Assembly (NCBI GenBank): GCA_944348085.1
Contig: CALVMU010000003.1
Coordinates: 1,372-65,371 of the forward strand
Direction of reading: 5' to 3'
DNA length: 64,000 nucleotides
Source of the DNA: an uncultured Clostridia bacterium
GTDB lineage: Bacteria; Bacillota; Clostridia; Christensenellales; UBA1242
The translations under genes and the position numbers were made by a program. Below are positions 46,150-56,162 of this stretch, one piece after another. The notes under the pieces were generated by a model, which did no database searches, was not told the DNA's origin, and saw only the letters and a program-made list of their open reading frames with translations. Within the stretch, counting starts at the first letter, position 1, and every line of letters begins with the position of its first letter.

Positions 46150-47001
46150 TTATGGCAAAATGTTGAAATAACACTCTGTTTCGTTGTGTTCGGTATAGTT
46201 ATAGAAGTTGTTTACAATAATTGTGCAACTGTCGAGAAGCTCTTCAGTCCATACTCCACCAGAAGCAATCTCTTGACCAATAAGTGAGTATAGATTTGAA
46301 AAGACAGAAAGGAACATGTTGAGTTTATACCTCAGTCCATAAGTTGCATTTTTTATCTGCACTGTTTGACCGCTAAAAAGGTTTAAAACAGCGGTCGTTT
46401 GAGTTTGTTGAATGTTCTCATCAAATTCGCTCAAAAGCTTTATTGAAGAGATAAGTGAGGTTTGTTCGGTTAAGGTTCTGTTGCATTCAAAAAGAGAAGA
46501 GTAGATGTCAATAAAATTTTCAATCTGAAGATAATCACCCACTTGATAGTCGTTTTCTGCAATCTCCACACCTTCAAAAAGCATGGCGTTTTCACGAGTT
46601 GAAACAAAGTCAACCTCTTCTTTTAAAATGCGCAAGTTTTGGTCTGTGATAAAGGTTGTGCCGTTATAGGCAAAAGCATAGACCTCTTGCCTTTCTGCGA
46701 TGTGAATGACAAAGGTTGACGGAAAAACTGTTTCAATGTTGACCACATCAATATAAGGCGAAAGGCTTTCAATTTTTTCAACATAGCCATTTTTCCCATG
46801 AAAAAACACACTGGCGCCATAAGAAAAGTCTCCGCCTTCAACGATTTCTTCATCAGAGAGAGTTATGTTTTGATGAGAGGTGCGAAAGTCAACCTCCACA
46901 TTTTTAAGTGAAAAGACAGTAAACGACAGCGCCACAATCACGCCAATCAGCGCCACAACAACAGAAAGTGAAATGATGATTCTTTTACTTTTCTTGCTCA
47001 T
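46150..47001 (-). CDS. cell division protein FtsQ/DivIB
   Basis: Basic N-terminus, single TM helix and a POTRA-like segment (LKNVEVDF...). Positioned upstream of ftsA. Confidence 0.7.
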   Translation of the reverse strand: MSKKSKRIIISLSVVVALIGVIVALSFTVFSLKNVEVDFRTSHQNITLSDEEIVEGGDFSYGASVFFHGKNGYVEKIESLSPYIDVVNIETVFPSTFVIHIAERQEVYAFAYNGTTFITDQNLRILKEEVDFVSTRENAMLFEGVEIAENDYQVGDYLQIENFIDIYSSLFECNRTLTEQTSLISSIKLLSEFDENIQQTQTTAVLNLFSGQTVQIKNATYGLRYKLNMFLSVFSNLYSLIGQEIASGGVWTEELLDSCTIIVNNFYNYTEHNETECYFNILP

Positions 47002-47056
47002 ACAGTGATATTTTAATGTATTTTTGATGTAAAAACAAGAAAAAACAGCAAAAAAA

Positions 47057-48307
47057 TTAAATTCTTTTTATATCTGCGCCAAGCTGGACAAGTTTGTCTT
47101 CAAGATGAAAGTAGCCTCGGTCGACAAATTCCACTCGGCTGATTGTGGTGTAGCCTTCACAGGCAAGACCAGCCAGCACCAAAGCGGCGCCACCTCTAAG
47201 GTCGGTTGAAACCACATCTGCGCCAAAAATTTTGTCTTTGCCACGAATGATGCAAATGGACGACTTAAACCGAATGTCACAGCCCATTTTTAAAAGCTCG
47301 CCGACATAGTTAAATCTGTTTTCAAACACATTTTCAAAGACAAGACTGCACCCCTTTGCAATTGAAGCAAGCGCAACAATTTGAGGTTGAAGGTCGGTTG
47401 GAAAACCTGGATAAACCGCCGTTTCAACATCAACAAAACTCTCCAGCCTTTTTGGCGCTGAAAGAAAGATTTCATTGTCACCTTCTTTGATAAGACATCC
47501 GCAGGTTTTAAGCTTTTCAATCAGCGCGCTATTGTGTTTTGAAACTGCATTTTCAAGTTTCACCTCTCCGCCAGTCATTGCCGCAGCAATCAAAAAAGTT
47601 CCGCATTCAATACGGTCAGAAATCGCCCTATATCTGCACCCCTCAAGTCGTTCAACGCCAATGATTGTGATAACATCAGTGCCCGCCCCTTCAATCTTTG
47701 CCCCACAACAGCTGAGAAAGCGCGCAAGGTCAACAATCTCTGGCTCTTTTGCCGAGTTGTAAATTTTGCTCTCACCCGGCAAAAGCGCGCAAAACATCAT
47801 AATATTTTCAGTCGCGCCCACACTTTGAAATGACAAAAACACCTCTCTTGTCAAAGGCTTGCCCTTTTCTGCATAGATATATCCGTTTTTCTCCACAATC
47901 TTGCATCCGAGTTGCCTTAAAGAAGAAAGATGTATGTCAATCGGCCTAAGTCCAATGTCGCAACCGCCAGGATAGGCAACTTTTGCCTTGCCAAGCCTTG
48001 CAAGCAAAGGCCCAAGCGTGAAAATTGATGACCGAACAGGGCTTGCAAGCTCATGCGACAACTCGCATTTATCAAGAGATGAACAGTCAATTTCAAGGTC
48101 GTCACCTTTGCGCTGAGCCACTCCGCCAAGCGCCCTTAAAATGTCACACATCGCCTCAACATCGGTGTAAGCAGTTGCCTTTTCAAGTGTCACTTTGCCT
48201 TCCACCATAATGCAACCTGCAAGGATTGGCAAAAGTGCATTTTTTGCCGTGTCCATTTCGACTTCACCACAAAGCCGATTTTTTCCGTTAATAAAAAATT
48301 TCGCCAT
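47057..48307 (-). CDS. murA: UDP-N-acetylglucosamine 1-carboxyvinyltransferase MurA
   Basis: MAKFFINGKNRLCGEV, KNALLPILA, and the catalytic Cys loop YPGGCDIGLRPID. Confidence 0.95.
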   Translation of the reverse strand: MAKFFINGKNRLCGEVEMDTAKNALLPILAGCIMVEGKVTLEKATAYTDVEAMCDILRALGGVAQRKGDDLEIDCSSLDKCELSHELASPVRSSIFTLGPLLARLGKAKVAYPGGCDIGLRPIDIHLSSLRQLGCKIVEKNGYIYAEKGKPLTREVFLSFQSVGATENIMMFCALLPGESKIYNSAKEPEIVDLARFLSCCGAKIEGAGTDVITIIGVERLEGCRYRAISDRIECGTFLIAAAMTGGEVKLENAVSKHNSALIEKLKTCGCLIKEGDNEIFLSAPKRLESFVDVETAVYPGFPTDLQPQIVALASIAKGCSLVFENVFENRFNYVGELLKMGCDIRFKSSICIIRGKDKIFGADVVSTDLRGGAALVLAGLACEGYTTISRVEFVDRGYFHLEDKLVQLGADIKRI

Positions 48308-48480
48308 ATTTAGATATATGAAAATTTGCCTTGTTTTTGACAAAAGAAAAACAAAAATTTTGTATTTTGGCAACCTAAATCGTTTTAAATCACAAATTTT
48401 TCAAACCAAAATTGTTTTTGACCTATTCAAACTTTTATCATACCAAAATTGCTTTGAACTTTTCTCTTTTATTAAACCAA

Positions 48481-49659
48481 TCAGTTTTTTGCAGTTTTTT
48501 TGAAGCGAGGTGCTTTTATCACCTTATAGTCTTGACCTTGACTTTGCCTTAAAACATTGAGACAAATGCCAATGCCAGCCATAAACACGGTGACAGATGT
48601 TCCACCACTTGAAATAAAAGGCAGTGGCAAGCCAGTTGGAGGTATGGAGCCTGTGACAACAGCAATGTTGAGAAGGGTTTGAACTCCAATGATAAAAGCC
48701 ACGCCTGCAACCAGCATTGAGCCAAACCTGTCTTTTGCGTTTAGCGCAATTTTGATAAGGCTGTAGATAAGGGCAAGAAAAATACTCATAAGCACGATAA
48801 GCCCAACAAAGCCGATTTCTTCACCTATGATTGACAATATAAAGTCAGATTCGGCAAAGGGCAAAAAGAGATATTTTTGCCTTGAATTGAAAAGTCCAAC
48901 ACCAAAAAGTCCTCCGCTTCCAAGGCTGTAGAGCGATTGAATAAGCTGAAAACCCTCACCTTGTGGTGATGCCCAAGGGTCGATAAACGCCATAAGTCGC
49001 CTAAGCCTGTAAGGCTCCAGCACCACAAGCAGTGGCACAACGGCTGCGGCTGGGATTGAAAACATAAGGGTGTGTTTTTTGCTCATTCCACCAATGATAA
49101 GCATAAAAAGCGTTACAAAGCCAATGCACATGGTCACACTCATGCTTGGCTCAAGCATGGTTAAAATGCAAATAACTCCAGCCACGCACAGCACTGGCAG
49201 AAGGCCTTTGAAAGTTTTGACTTTGTCGTGATTGTCTGACATATAGCCAGCAATAAAGATGACAAGCGCAAACTTGGCAATTTCAGAGGGTTGAATGGAA
49301 AAGCCTAAGATTGAAATCCACCTTTTTGCGCCATAACTTTCCATGCCAAGACCAGGAACAAAAACCAGCACAAGCAAGATGATTGAAATGACGATAATCC
49401 AAGTTTTATATTTTTTTAGAAGATGATAGTCGACAAAACTGAAAAAAATCATGGCAAAAATGCCCAGCACCACTCCCAAAATCTGTTTAAACAGAAAAAA
49501 GTAAGGATTGCCATAGTGATAGTTTGCGCTGTAAAAACTTGCGCTATAAACCATAAGACAACCAAAACTTGTGAGTGCCAGAATAAGCAAAACAATCTTT
49601 AAAATTTGTCGATTGCAACTATTTGGTTTACTGCATTTCGATTTTTTCGTAACTGCCAA
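48481..49659 (-). CDS. SEDS-family peptidoglycan polymerase FtsW/SpoVE
   Basis: IQPSEIAKFALVIF and PLPFISSGGTS motifs. Ten TM segments. Confidence 0.9.
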   Translation of the reverse strand: MAVTKKSKCSKPNSCNRQILKIVLLILALTSFGCLMVYSASFYSANYHYGNPYFFLFKQILGVVLGIFAMIFFSFVDYHLLKKYKTWIIVISIILLVLVFVPGLGMESYGAKRWISILGFSIQPSEIAKFALVIFIAGYMSDNHDKVKTFKGLLPVLCVAGVICILTMLEPSMSVTMCIGFVTLFMLIIGGMSKKHTLMFSIPAAAVVPLLVVLEPYRLRRLMAFIDPWASPQGEGFQLIQSLYSLGSGGLFGVGLFNSRQKYLFLPFAESDFILSIIGEEIGFVGLIVLMSIFLALIYSLIKIALNAKDRFGSMLVAGVAFIIGVQTLLNIAVVTGSIPPTGLPLPFISSGGTSVTVFMAGIGICLNVLRQSQGQDYKVIKAPRFKKTAKN

Positions 49660-50938
49660 GCATTATCTCCTTAAAAACCTCTCCTCTCACCGCGTAAGAA
49701 GAAAATTCGTCAAAGCTTGCACAGGCTGGCGCAAGCAAAATCTTTTGCCCTTTTTGAGCTTTCTCTTTTGCATAAAAAGCTGCCCCTTTCATGCTCGGAA
49801 AAATTTTTGGGCTATAACCATATTGACTGGCGCAGTCAAACACCTCTTGACCGCACTGTCCAAAACAAAGCACCTCTTCAAAGTCATAGCCTACCGAAAA
49901 AATCTCATCAAATTTGAAGTCTTTGTTTTGTCCACCAATCAAAAGCACAATCCTTTTTTCACCAAGCGACTCAATGGCACTTTTGCAAGCAGAAATGTTT
50001 GTGGCTTTTGAGTCATCAAACACATCGGCGCCATTGACCTGTCCGAGATATTCCATGCGATGCGGTGGGGCTTTAAATTCTGAAATAGCCTTTTTGATAT
50101 ACATTGGCTTTATCTTGCACGCACAAGCAATTGCAACAGCGGCAAGCGTGTTTTCCAAATTTTTCTCACCAAAAAGAGGAATATCGTTGCAAGAGATAAT
50201 TTTTGTTTTGTTGAAATAAATCGCGCCATTTTTGATAAAAACACCTTTATTTAGCATTTTTTTTGAAAAAAACAGTGTTTTTTTGTTTAAATAAAGCTCT
50301 CTTGTGATTTTATCGTCATAATTTAACACAATTTTTTGTCTCTTTGGTCTGGCAAGAATTTTCTTTTTCACCCTGACATATTCTTCAAAACTTCCATGCC
50401 TGTCAAGATGGTCTGGCGCAAGATTTAAAATGCAAGCAACAAAAGGGCAAAAATGTTTTGACAGCTCAAGCTGAAAGTTGCTCACCTCTGTGATGACAAA
50501 GCTTTTTTTGCTTGTCTTTTTTGCAATGCTTGAAATTGGAAGACCAATATTTCCGCAAACAAAACTTTCTTTGCCCGACTTTTTGAAGATGTCGCCAACC
50601 ATACTTGTCACCGTCGTCTTGCCATTTGTGCCTGTGATGCCTATCACCTTGCCTTTGCAAAAAAGATAGCCAAGGTCAAGCTCGCTTATAAGCGGAGTGC
50701 CATTCGCAACAAAAAAAGATATCAAATCATTGCCTCTTACCTTTATGCCAGGACTGACGACCACAAGGTCAAATTTTTTCAGCGTTGGCGATTTTTCGAA
50801 GCTATAAAAAGAGGAAAATTTGTTTTCGTCATCATATATGCTCACGCATGCACCTTCTTCATGCAAAAGTGACGCTGCCGATTGACCGCTTGAGGCCATG
50901 CCATAGACCAAAACTTTTTTTCCTCTCAAATTTAACAT
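49628..50938 (-). CDS. murD: UDP-N-acetylmuramoyl-L-alanine--D-glutamate ligase MurD
   Basis: Rossmann N-domain and Mur ligase P-loop GITGTNGKTTV. Confidence 0.9.
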   Translation of the reverse strand: MLNLRGKKVLVYGMASSGQSAASLLHEEGACVSIYDDENKFSSFYSFEKSPTLKKFDLVVVSPGIKVRGNDLISFFVANGTPLISELDLGYLFCKGKVIGITGTNGKTTVTSMVGDIFKKSGKESFVCGNIGLPISSIAKKTSKKSFVITEVSNFQLELSKHFCPFVACILNLAPDHLDRHGSFEEYVRVKKKILARPKRQKIVLNYDDKITRELYLNKKTLFFSKKMLNKGVFIKNGAIYFNKTKIISCNDIPLFGEKNLENTLAAVAIACACKIKPMYIKKAISEFKAPPHRMEYLGQVNGADVFDDSKATNISACKSAIESLGEKRIVLLIGGQNKDFKFDEIFSVGYDFEEVLCFGQCGQEVFDCASQYGYSPKIFPSMKGAAFYAKEKAQKGQKILLAPACASFDEFSSYAVRGEVFKEIMLGSYEKIEMQ

Positions 50939-50939
50939 A

Positions 50940-51899
50940 TCATAAAACCCCTAGAAGTGCCATGTACCCCACAAACACGCAAAGTCCAAGCACCATTGTT
51001 ATTAATATATATACTAAGACAATTCGGTTTTCATGCACACCTTTTTTCTCAAAATGATGATGAAGTGGAGCCATAAGAAAAACTCTTTTGTGCGTGCGCT
51101 TGTAATGTAAAACTTGCACAATGTCAGAGACTGCCGTCACCACAAACATAAGACCAATGATTGGCATCAAAAGTTCGGTGGAAGAAAGCGCCGCCACGCT
51201 TGCCATCAGCCCGCCAAGAGCAAGTGAGCCTGTGTCACCCATAAAAATTTTGGCTGGAAAGCAGTTGACAATCAAAAATGCAAGCAAAGCTCCAACGCTC
51301 GCAAAAGAGATGAGTGCATACTCTGTTTGCCCAAGCAAAACCAAGATAAGCCCAAAAAATAAAAAATAAGCACTGTTGACGCCACCAGCAAGACCGTCAA
51401 GTCCGTCGATAAGATTGACAGAATTTGTCACCGCAACAAAGAAGAAAACAATAAAAGGAATGATAAAAGCACCTATATCAATATTTAGTCCAAAAAATTC
51501 AAGTTTTCCGCCAATGTTTAGGTAAACATACACTGCAATGACAAGCGAAATGCCAACTTGTCCGATTATTTTCTGATATGGTTTGAGCCCTTCATTTTTG
51601 TGAAATTTGACCTTGATAAAATCGTCCAAAAAGCCAAGCAAACCATAGCCCACCATTGTCACCAGCGCCAAAAGTGCGCCCATAACTTGTCCACGCAGAA
51701 AAAATGCACTTGCAATGATGATGGCAAAAATAAAGATAAGCCCGCCCATTGTCGGAGTTCCACTTTTGCCAGCGTGCTTGTCCACATAATGCAAGATTGT
51801 TTGAGACAGGTGAAACTTTTTACAAAGTTTTAAAATTGGAAAAGCAAGCAAAATTCCAAGGATAAGAGCAAGCAAAAAAGCCATATAATATTTCAGCAT
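50940..51899 (-). CDS. mraY: phospho-N-acetylmuramoyl-pentapeptide transferase MraY
   Basis: GTPTMGG, NSVNLIDGLDGLA and HHHFE motifs. Confidence 0.95.
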   Translation of the reverse strand: MLKYYMAFLLALILGILLAFPILKLCKKFHLSQTILHYVDKHAGKSGTPTMGGLIFIFAIIIASAFFLRGQVMGALLALVTMVGYGLLGFLDDFIKVKFHKNEGLKPYQKIIGQVGISLVIAVYVYLNIGGKLEFFGLNIDIGAFIIPFIVFFFVAVTNSVNLIDGLDGLAGGVNSAYFLFFGLILVLLGQTEYALISFASVGALLAFLIVNCFPAKIFMGDTGSLALGGLMASVAALSSTELLMPIIGLMFVVTAVSDIVQVLHYKRTHKRVFLMAPLHHHFEKKGVHENRIVLVYILITMVLGLCVFVGYMALLGVL

Positions 51900-51947
51900 A
51901 ATTTCCTCCTAAAATATTTTATGGCAATTTTATTTATTTAGTCTTAA

Positions 51948-53423
51948 TTATTTAAATTCATCTCGAAAAGGATAACTTTTGTCTGTCTTCAGCGGTTTTT
52001 GAAGAGACCTGGCATAGTTGTAAACCACTTCAAAATCGCTGAAAGGATATTTCTTCCCTTCAATTTCCTGATAATTTTCAGCGCCTTTGCCAGCAATGAC
52101 GATTGTGGTTTTGTCTTTATACTTTTTCATTGCGCCTTCAATTGCCTGTTGTCTGTTTGGAATGCAAACGCATTTTTTTGTCACCCCCGCTTCAATTTCT
52201 TGAATAATGTCTTCTGGTTTTTCAAAGCGAGGATTGTCGCTTGTGATTATCACATCATCTGCAAGGGTCGAGGCAATTTTGCCCATGATTGGCCTTTTTT
52301 GTCTGTCACGGTTGCCTCCACAGCCAAATATGCACACAAGTTTGTTGTCGGAAAGTGCGCGAGCGGTCTTAAGCACTTTTTCAAGTCCGTCAGGTGTGTG
52401 AGCATAGTCAATAATGATGTTTTTGCCCAAAATGTTGATAATGTTAAATCTCCCTTCGACTGGCGCAAGATTTTTTATGCCTAGTTGCAACGCTTCTTTC
52501 CCAATTCCAATAGAGCGCGTTGATGCAATCGCTGCAAGCAAATTTTCAACATTATATTCTCCAACAAGGTGGCTGTCAATTTCAATTTGCTCGCCAAGAT
52601 AGTCGCAAACAAAATGGCTTCCATCAAAATTTGTCACGATATCTCTTCCGCTCACATCAAACTTTCTGCCTTTGCCATAACAAATGGTTGGAACTTTTGA
52701 CTTATACATCAAAAGTCTTCCATACCTATCTTCGCCAAAAACAATGCCAAGCTTCATATACTTTGGGTCGAAAAAGGACATCTTGGCCTTGGCATAATTT
52801 TCCATATCGCCAAAAAAGTCAAGGTGGTCTTCAGTTATGTTGGTCAAAATGCCCTCTTCAAACTTGATCCCTTCCAGCTTGTTTAAAGCAAGTGCGTGAG
52901 CTGAAACTTCCATAACCACATATTCAACCCCATCATCCTTCATCTCTTTAAAAAGTTTATGCAAAAGATATGGATCAGGTGTGGTCATAGATGTATGCAC
53001 CGTTTCGCTGTTATATCTTGCGCCAAGCGTGCCAATAACGCCAACATTTTTTCCACCAGCACGAAGCACGCTTGCAATGATGTTGCAAGTGGTGGTTTTT
53101 CCATTTGTGCCAGTCACGCCAATAAGCTTGAGCTGGTCACATGCTTTGCCAAAAAAGTTTTTGCAGATCTCGGCGTAAGCTTTTCTTGCATCGCGCACCA
53201 CAATCACATTCTCAAAAGGCAGGTTTTGCTCGCTTATCACATAAGAAGCCCCTTTGTCAAGCGCCTCTTTGGCAAAATCGTTGCCGTCAAAACGGCCCCC
53301 TTTCATTGCAACAAAAACATCGCCATAACCCACTTTTTTGCTGTCGATTTTGATGTCAACCATATCGCCATCAGTCCTGCCTTGCAAAACTTCAACGCCT
53401 TCCAATAAATCTTTAACTAACAT
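51948..53423 (-). CDS. murE: UDP-N-acetylmuramoyl-L-alanyl-D-glutamate--2,6-diaminopimelate ligase MurE
   Basis: GVTGTNGKTTT P-loop. The DNPR motif (ITSDNPRFE) suggests meso-DAP specificity. Confidence 0.9.
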   Translation of the reverse strand: MLVKDLLEGVEVLQGRTDGDMVDIKIDSKKVGYGDVFVAMKGGRFDGNDFAKEALDKGASYVISEQNLPFENVIVVRDARKAYAEICKNFFGKACDQLKLIGVTGTNGKTTTCNIIASVLRAGGKNVGVIGTLGARYNSETVHTSMTTPDPYLLHKLFKEMKDDGVEYVVMEVSAHALALNKLEGIKFEEGILTNITEDHLDFFGDMENYAKAKMSFFDPKYMKLGIVFGEDRYGRLLMYKSKVPTICYGKGRKFDVSGRDIVTNFDGSHFVCDYLGEQIEIDSHLVGEYNVENLLAAIASTRSIGIGKEALQLGIKNLAPVEGRFNIINILGKNIIIDYAHTPDGLEKVLKTARALSDNKLVCIFGCGGNRDRQKRPIMGKIASTLADDVIITSDNPRFEKPEDIIQEIEAGVTKKCVCIPNRQQAIEGAMKKYKDKTTIVIAGKGAENYQEIEGKKYPFSDFEVVYNYARSLQKPLKTDKSYPFRDEFK

Positions 53424-53557
53424 TTCTCCTCCATTTTTGAAATGATACTATACATTTTTAAATAAATTCACATCCAAACAAAAGAAGGCAAAAATCAACA
53501 AAATTGTCAATTTTTTGCAATTTTTGCCCAATTTTTCAAGATTTTTTTGCAAAAAAA

Positions 53558-54676
53558 CTATTTCTTGCTTTTGTTGCCAGACAGCTTGATAAAACTTTCA
53601 ATCGCCTTGCTGTTAAATTTGTAAATCTCTCTGCTCTTTTTGGCTTGTTTTTCTTTGCCCTCTTCAATCAGCACAGAAATCAGATCTTCAAACGAACCAT
53701 CAAACATATTGAAAGAAAGCGAACCAGGAATAGAATTTAGCTCGTTGACATAAAGCTCTTTTTTCTTTCGGTCATAAAGAAAGTCAACCCTGACCACGCC
53801 ATCGCATCTGCAAGCTTTATATGAAGAGATTGCTTCTTTCTTGATTTTTTCAAGAAGCGATTTTTCAATTTCAACCTTGCCCTCTTCCTGCTCTTTTATA
53901 TATTTGTCTTCAAAGGTATAAATTTTTTCCTTTTTGACTTTGCTGACCTTTCCGCTCAAAACCTTTTCGTTGATTTTTATGACTGCACAACTGTATTCCT
54001 CTGCATTTGCCAAATATTTTTCCACCAGAACACGCTCGTCATAAAGAAACGCCTCGTCAATTTGTTTTTCAAGCCTTGCCTCACATTCACATATGTCAAT
54101 TCCAACAGAACTGCCAAGATTTGCTGGTTTTATAATGCAAGGAAAGCCCAATTTTTGCTTTATTTTTTGCAAAATTTTCAGTTTTCTTGCCTTATATTCA
54201 CTTATGTCAAATTGCACATATGGCAAATTGCGAATGTGCTCATGTGCAAGCATAAGCTTGGTCAGAGTTTTGTCCATAGTCAGTGCAGAGCTTGCTAGGT
54301 TTGAAGAAGTGTAGGCAATTCCTGCAAGCTCCAACAGACCTTGAAGCGAGCCATCTTCGCCACCATGACCATGGTTACACAGCAGGGCGCAGTCAACTTT
54401 GACTCGCTTTTTGATTTTGTTGTTTTTGAGCAGAAGAAAACATTTGTTTTCAAAATCAATGCTGACTAAAAGCGGATTTTTCACGCGCTTTGAAAAGTCG
54501 AGATAGGTTTCCGCTTCGGCAAGATTATCTCCACACATGAGCACTCCTTCATGTGTTATGTAAATCGGAAAGGCCTGATAGCCTTTTGGAATTTTTTTCA
54601 TCGCTTGCAATGCGGTGATAATTGAAATGTCATGCTCAACACTTTGACCACCAAAAATCACAGCAACTGTTTTCAT
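53558..54676 (-). CDS. ddl: D-alanine--D-alanine ligase
   Basis: MKTVAVIFGGQSVEHDISI and HGHGGEDGSLQGLLELAGIAYT, followed by an ATP-grasp half ending EVNSIPG-like (ELNSIPGS). Confidence 0.9.
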   Translation of the reverse strand: MKTVAVIFGGQSVEHDISIITALQAMKKIPKGYQAFPIYITHEGVLMCGDNLAEAETYLDFSKRVKNPLLVSIDFENKCFLLLKNNKIKKRVKVDCALLCNHGHGGEDGSLQGLLELAGIAYTSSNLASSALTMDKTLTKLMLAHEHIRNLPYVQFDISEYKARKLKILQKIKQKLGFPCIIKPANLGSSVGIDICECEARLEKQIDEAFLYDERVLVEKYLANAEEYSCAVIKINEKVLSGKVSKVKKEKIYTFEDKYIKEQEEGKVEIEKSLLEKIKKEAISSYKACRCDGVVRVDFLYDRKKKELYVNELNSIPGSLSFNMFDGSFEDLISVLIEEGKEKQAKKSREIYKFNSKAIESFIKLSGNKSKK

Positions 54677-54743
54677 TTTCACCCCCAAAATAAAAATATT
54701 TTTTAAGAACAGCAACAATCAAAAAATTTTCGTTCAAAAAACA

Positions 54744-56162
54744 TTATTTATAGTTATCTGGCAAATCGTTTTCAAACAAAACAACAGAGTTTTCGTTGAC
54801 AATAAGTTTTAAAATTTCTTCTTGCCGAGCCCGACTGTTTGCAAAAAAGATGTTTTTCTTGTTAAAGTTATGAGAAATTGCGCCAGAGTAGATGTCGTTT
54901 TTGTTTGTCTCATTCATAATCACAATAAAATCTGCCACATCGGCAATCTGACAGCCAATTTTAAAGTTTGCCATAGACTGTTCTTGACCAAGCTCGACAA
55001 TGCCAGGCGTGACCACAATCTTTTTGCCCTCAAACTTTGAAAGCACATCAAGTGCCTCTTTAAAGCCAACCTCATTTGAGTTGTAAGAGTCGTCAATCAC
55101 AACTGGCCGAGAGCGCATAAGTTCCAGTCGATGCGTAGAAGGAGTAAGCGAGCTTATTGCGTCAACAATGTCGTCAAGCGGAACACTTAAGATGTATGCG
55201 CAGGCAGCAGCAGTCACAATGTTGTCGATGTTGCATTTCCCAAGAAGCCGGGTTTTGACTTTGTTTGACTTGCCGTCAAGCACAAGTTCGAAAGAGCTTC
55301 CTCTTTCACTGCACTCAATGTTTTTTGCAAAGGCAAACGATTTTTCTCTGTTTGTCAAAAACTTGTTGCCTTTAAATCGGTTGTAAAGTTTGTATGACCC
55401 TGTCGAATCTCCATTAAAAATCGCTTGACCAGAGGCTGGCAAACTTTCAACAAGCTCATACTTTGTGTTTTCAATTTCAGAAAGGCTTCCAAAACTTTCA
55501 AGGTGAGCCTTTCCAATTGTGGTGATAATTGCAATGTCAGGCTTTACAATTGAGGCGACTTTTTTTATGTCATTTCTATGGCGCGCGCCCATCTCAGCAA
55601 CAAAAATGTCGTGGTCATCAAGCTTTTCTAAAATTGTTTTTGTGATGCCCATTTCGGTGTTATAGTTGAGCGGAGTGACGCAAACTTTATATTGTTTTTC
55701 CAAAATATGCGTCAAAATGTTTTTTGTGCTTGTTTTGCCATAGCTTCCAGTGATGCCAATTTTGACAATTTTTTTCTTGCCAAGCTTGCTTTTTGCGCGT
55801 TTTATATAGCAAAGTTTGACTAAATTTTCAAATGGCAATATGATAAAATGAGCAATCATAACTAAAAGTGATGCCAGCAAAAAGAGCACAACAATGTTTA
55901 AAACAATAAGCGCCACGCTCGGAACAAAATAGAGGACAACAAAGATAAGACCAAAACTTATAAGAAAGTATAGCACTGAAAATCGCACCATTCTTTTGGT
56001 CCATTTGATTTTGTTTTTGTCGCCAAGGGCGAAATGAAAAAGCAAAACATCGTTCAAAAAGGGTGCCATTTTATAGCCATTTAGCTGATACATTTTGAAA
56101 TAGAGCAGTGACCAAAAAAAGAACAAAATCGCAAGTGGACATGTGATAATAAGAGCAATCAT
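54744..56162 (-). CDS. murF: MurF-type Mur ligase (UDP-MurNAc-tripeptide--D-Ala-D-Ala ligase) with an N-terminal membrane domain
   Basis: GITGSYGKTSTK P-loop, AEMGARH and IDDSYNSN motifs. The first 135 aa or so are 3-4 hydrophobic helices instead of the usual soluble N-domain. ATGA overlap with the upstream gene. Confidence 0.8.
   Translation of the reverse strand: MIALIITCPLAILFFFWSLLYFKMYQLNGYKMAPFLNDVLLFHFALGDKNKIKWTKRMVRFSVLYFLISFGLIFVVLYFVPSVALIVLNIVVLFLLASLLVMIAHFIILPFENLVKLCYIKRAKSKLGKKKIVKIGITGSYGKTSTKNILTHILEKQYKVCVTPLNYNTEMGITKTILEKLDDHDIFVAEMGARHRNDIKKVASIVKPDIAIITTIGKAHLESFGSLSEIENTKYELVESLPASGQAIFNGDSTGSYKLYNRFKGNKFLTNREKSFAFAKNIECSERGSSFELVLDGKSNKVKTRLLGKCNIDNIVTAAACAYILSVPLDDIVDAISSLTPSTHRLELMRSRPVVIDDSYNSNEVGFKEALDVLSKFEGKKIVVTPGIVELGQEQSMANFKIGCQIADVADFIVIMNETNKNDIYSGAISHNFNKKNIFFANSRARQEEILKLIVNENSVVLFENDLPDNYK

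Noticed and set aside
47057-48373. N-terminal extensions in track ORFs: murA +22 aa, ddl +14 aa, dnaJ +15 aa, spoIIGA +40 aa, nrdR +16 aa, feoA +24 aa, ftsA +10 aa, murF +21 aa and others.
   Set aside because: In each case an internal ATG preceded by a GGAGG-like RBS coincides with the conserved family N-terminus. The longer versions are artefacts of calling the longest ORF.
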